From Squalus acanthias (taxonomy: Eukaryota), in the NCBI GenBank assembly GCA_030390025.1, contig CM059425.1:172424001-172488000 (forward strand): a stretch of 64,000 nt of DNA. Reading direction: 5' to 3'. Position 1 is the first letter of the stretch, and each line of letters begins with the position of its first letter. The notes beneath the pieces are model-generated. The model ran no database searches and was not told the origin of the DNA. It saw only the letters and a list, made by a program, of their open reading frames with translations. This document shows positions 62,201 through 64,000 of the stretch, piece by piece. A program made the position numbers and the translations under genes.

Positions 62201-62897
62201 ATAGATTATATAACTTGCAATGAGAAAATATGTATTCTTAGACCTATGGCTGCTAACCAATTCCCAGATGTATCATTTGATAATGTATGGGACTGATTTC
62301 TTTCAGTATTTCCAGAATGGTCATTTTCTTTTCAGACTGGGGATCCATGGTGAATGACTCAAGAAGTCATGTTCTCCTGATTCAATTTGTGAGGACAGGC
62401 TAGTTTCTTAGCTAAAATAAATATTGCATTCTGTGGGCCCTGAGCTAATTCATCTTTGTGAGGTATGAAGAAACTGAACTGTGAGATTACAGATTTAATG
62501 TGGGGCATCAGTTGTCAATTGTTCCCAAAGCTGTCCGGTAGCAGTCAACTGAAGATGTTATGTCACAAATATTGCACATTATTTTGTTTGCACTTCTGGT
62601 ATCCTAAGATACTGAATTGGAAAGGAGTTGGTGAGGTTGGTACTCTTAATTATATTAACTGGAGCAATCAGGACTATTAAAGGTTTAGCATTTAAGGCCA
62701 AGTCACATAACAATGGATTGCCATCCTTCTTCCATTTATGGACTGTCACTATATTCTAGTTATTACACTACTCAGCTCTGGAGTATAACCCAGTAGTCAA
62801 CAACAACTTTCATTTATACAGCATTTTTAACATAGAAAATGTCTCACCGCTCTTTCCAGATAGGTGTAAAATTGAGGGGCGTGACTAAAAACTTAGT

Positions 62898-63074
62898 GAG
62901 AAGTCGCACAACACCAGGTTATAGTCCAACAGTTTTATTTGAAATCACTTCACCTGACGAAGGAGCAGCAGCTCCGAAAGCTTGTGAGTTCAAATAAAAC
63001 TGTTGGACTATAACCTGGTGTTGTGCGACTTCTCACTTTTGTCCACCCAGTCCAACACCGGCATCTCCGCATCA
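62898..63074 (+). mobile_element. Palindromic mini-PLE (family 1): inverted pLTR end + hammerhead + pLTR end + tail
   Basis: Arms 62898-62948 and 62984-63034 (1 mismatch). TSD TAAAAACTTAGT at 62886-62897 and 63075-63086. Inserted in an L2 fragment. Confidence 0.93.
62950..62987 (+). ncRNA. Minimal hammerhead ribozyme motif with canonical core
   Basis: TCAC-CTGACGA-A-GGAGC-AGCA-GCTCC-GAAA-GCTT-GTGA. Confidence 0.82.
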
Positions 63075-63780
63075 TAAAAACTTAGTCAAAGAGATGGGTT
63101 GTGAGGAGATTTCTTTTTAAAGGAGGGACAGGAGAAGTTTACAGAGTCAGACCCAGGTGGCTGAAGGCTCTGCTACCAGTTCCACAATCCCTCAAAGCTC
63201 CTTCTTTCCCTCAACTACCATTGCTTCCCGGGGCTGCCATGTAGAAGCAGCAAAGGATCCAAGGTCCCCTTGTACTCCTCCCCCTCCAAGTCGGGCCCAG
63301 CACTTACCTGCTGAAGGCTTCAGTCTTAGCCTTGCTGCCACCTTCAGGATGTTTCTGCCCCTTTAAGGTCCCTCACTGCCTCTTCTGCTGCAGCATTTTC
63401 AACCCTTGCACTGGCAAACTCCCTCTCAACAGTGGGAATCCCATGGGATTCGGAAACTAAGTCAAGGTTGGGCGGATCCAGGGAGGCAGGCAGAAGTTCA
63501 ATCCCGTTGAAACTCCACCCACTGACTTCTCTTCTAGTCTACTTGAAATAATTCTGATCCTAGGTTACAATGCACTGAAAATTAAAATGTCCCTGTTGCA
63601 TACTTACACACAAGTAAATATCCTACATGACTCACAGAAAAAACAGAGGATGCAGCACAGGACCCAGAGAGTGCGACTGAGAATCAGTGTGATATTTTAA
63701 AGGGACACTATGTTTCAAAGTGATTTACTATTTTGAAATGAAAGGACTTTCCTAATCGTGTGTGGATGATTAATGAAGGA

Positions 63781-63963
63781 GGGAAAATTTATGGGGTAGG
63801 TATTCCAAGTCCTTTTCCATCGCCAACAAGTATCTGAAAATTGTCCAACACCGGCATCTCCGCATCCTGAAAATTGTAGGCATGCCGCTCGTGATTTTCC
63901 GATACGTGCTGGTAATGGGCAGTGACTTGGAAAATCTACTCATGTTTGTACTCTAATTTTCTC
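63781..63963. mobile_element. Old palindromic MITE
   Basis: Nested imperfect inverted repeats: GGGAAAATT/AATTTTCTC, GGTAGGTATTCCAAGTC/GACTTGGAAAATCTACT, CCATCGCCAACAAGTATCTGAAAAT/ATTTTCCGATACGTGCTGGTAATGG. Confidence 0.65.
63845..63866 (+). mobile_element. 22-bp PLE family 1 tail insertion
   Basis: CCAACACCGGCATCTCCGCATC is identical to the tails near 24070 and 63052; flanked by CTGAAAATTGT at 63834-63844 and 63867-63877. Confidence 0.88.
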
Positions 63964-64000
63964 ACAACCTATACTACACCTTTGAGCTCAAGTCACTAAT

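Overview
Vertebrate genomic DNA, very likely a shark or ray, inferred from an HE1 V-SINE and HER1/CR1 LINE tails. Bases 1-~8.6 kb hold the last two coding exons of the tyrosine kinase gene FER (+ strand) and a long, almost transposon-free putative 3'UTR. The other ~55 kb is intergenic and made mostly of stacked mobile elements: CR1/HER1 and L2 LINEs, SINEs, two PIF/Harbinger transposons with MITE derivatives, and Penelope-like elements (PLEs) of two families. The most interesting signal is RNA-structural. Four PLE termini carry minimal hammerhead-ribozyme motifs with compensatory stem changes. One sits as the loop of a ~51-bp perfect-minus-one hairpin mini-element with a 12-bp target-site duplication (TSD), and its inversion breakpoint maps within 4 nt of the predicted cleavage site. 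The same family also left a 22-bp insertion with an 11-bp TSD. Other oddities are a 2-kb G-rich SacI minisatellite, an orphan C2H2 zinc-finger fragment fused to a (CA)n tract, 67-bp monomers in a CR1 5'UTR, three-level TE nesting and a probable 2.1-kb inversion. All calls were made by eye without database searches, and boundaries of old repeats are approximate.
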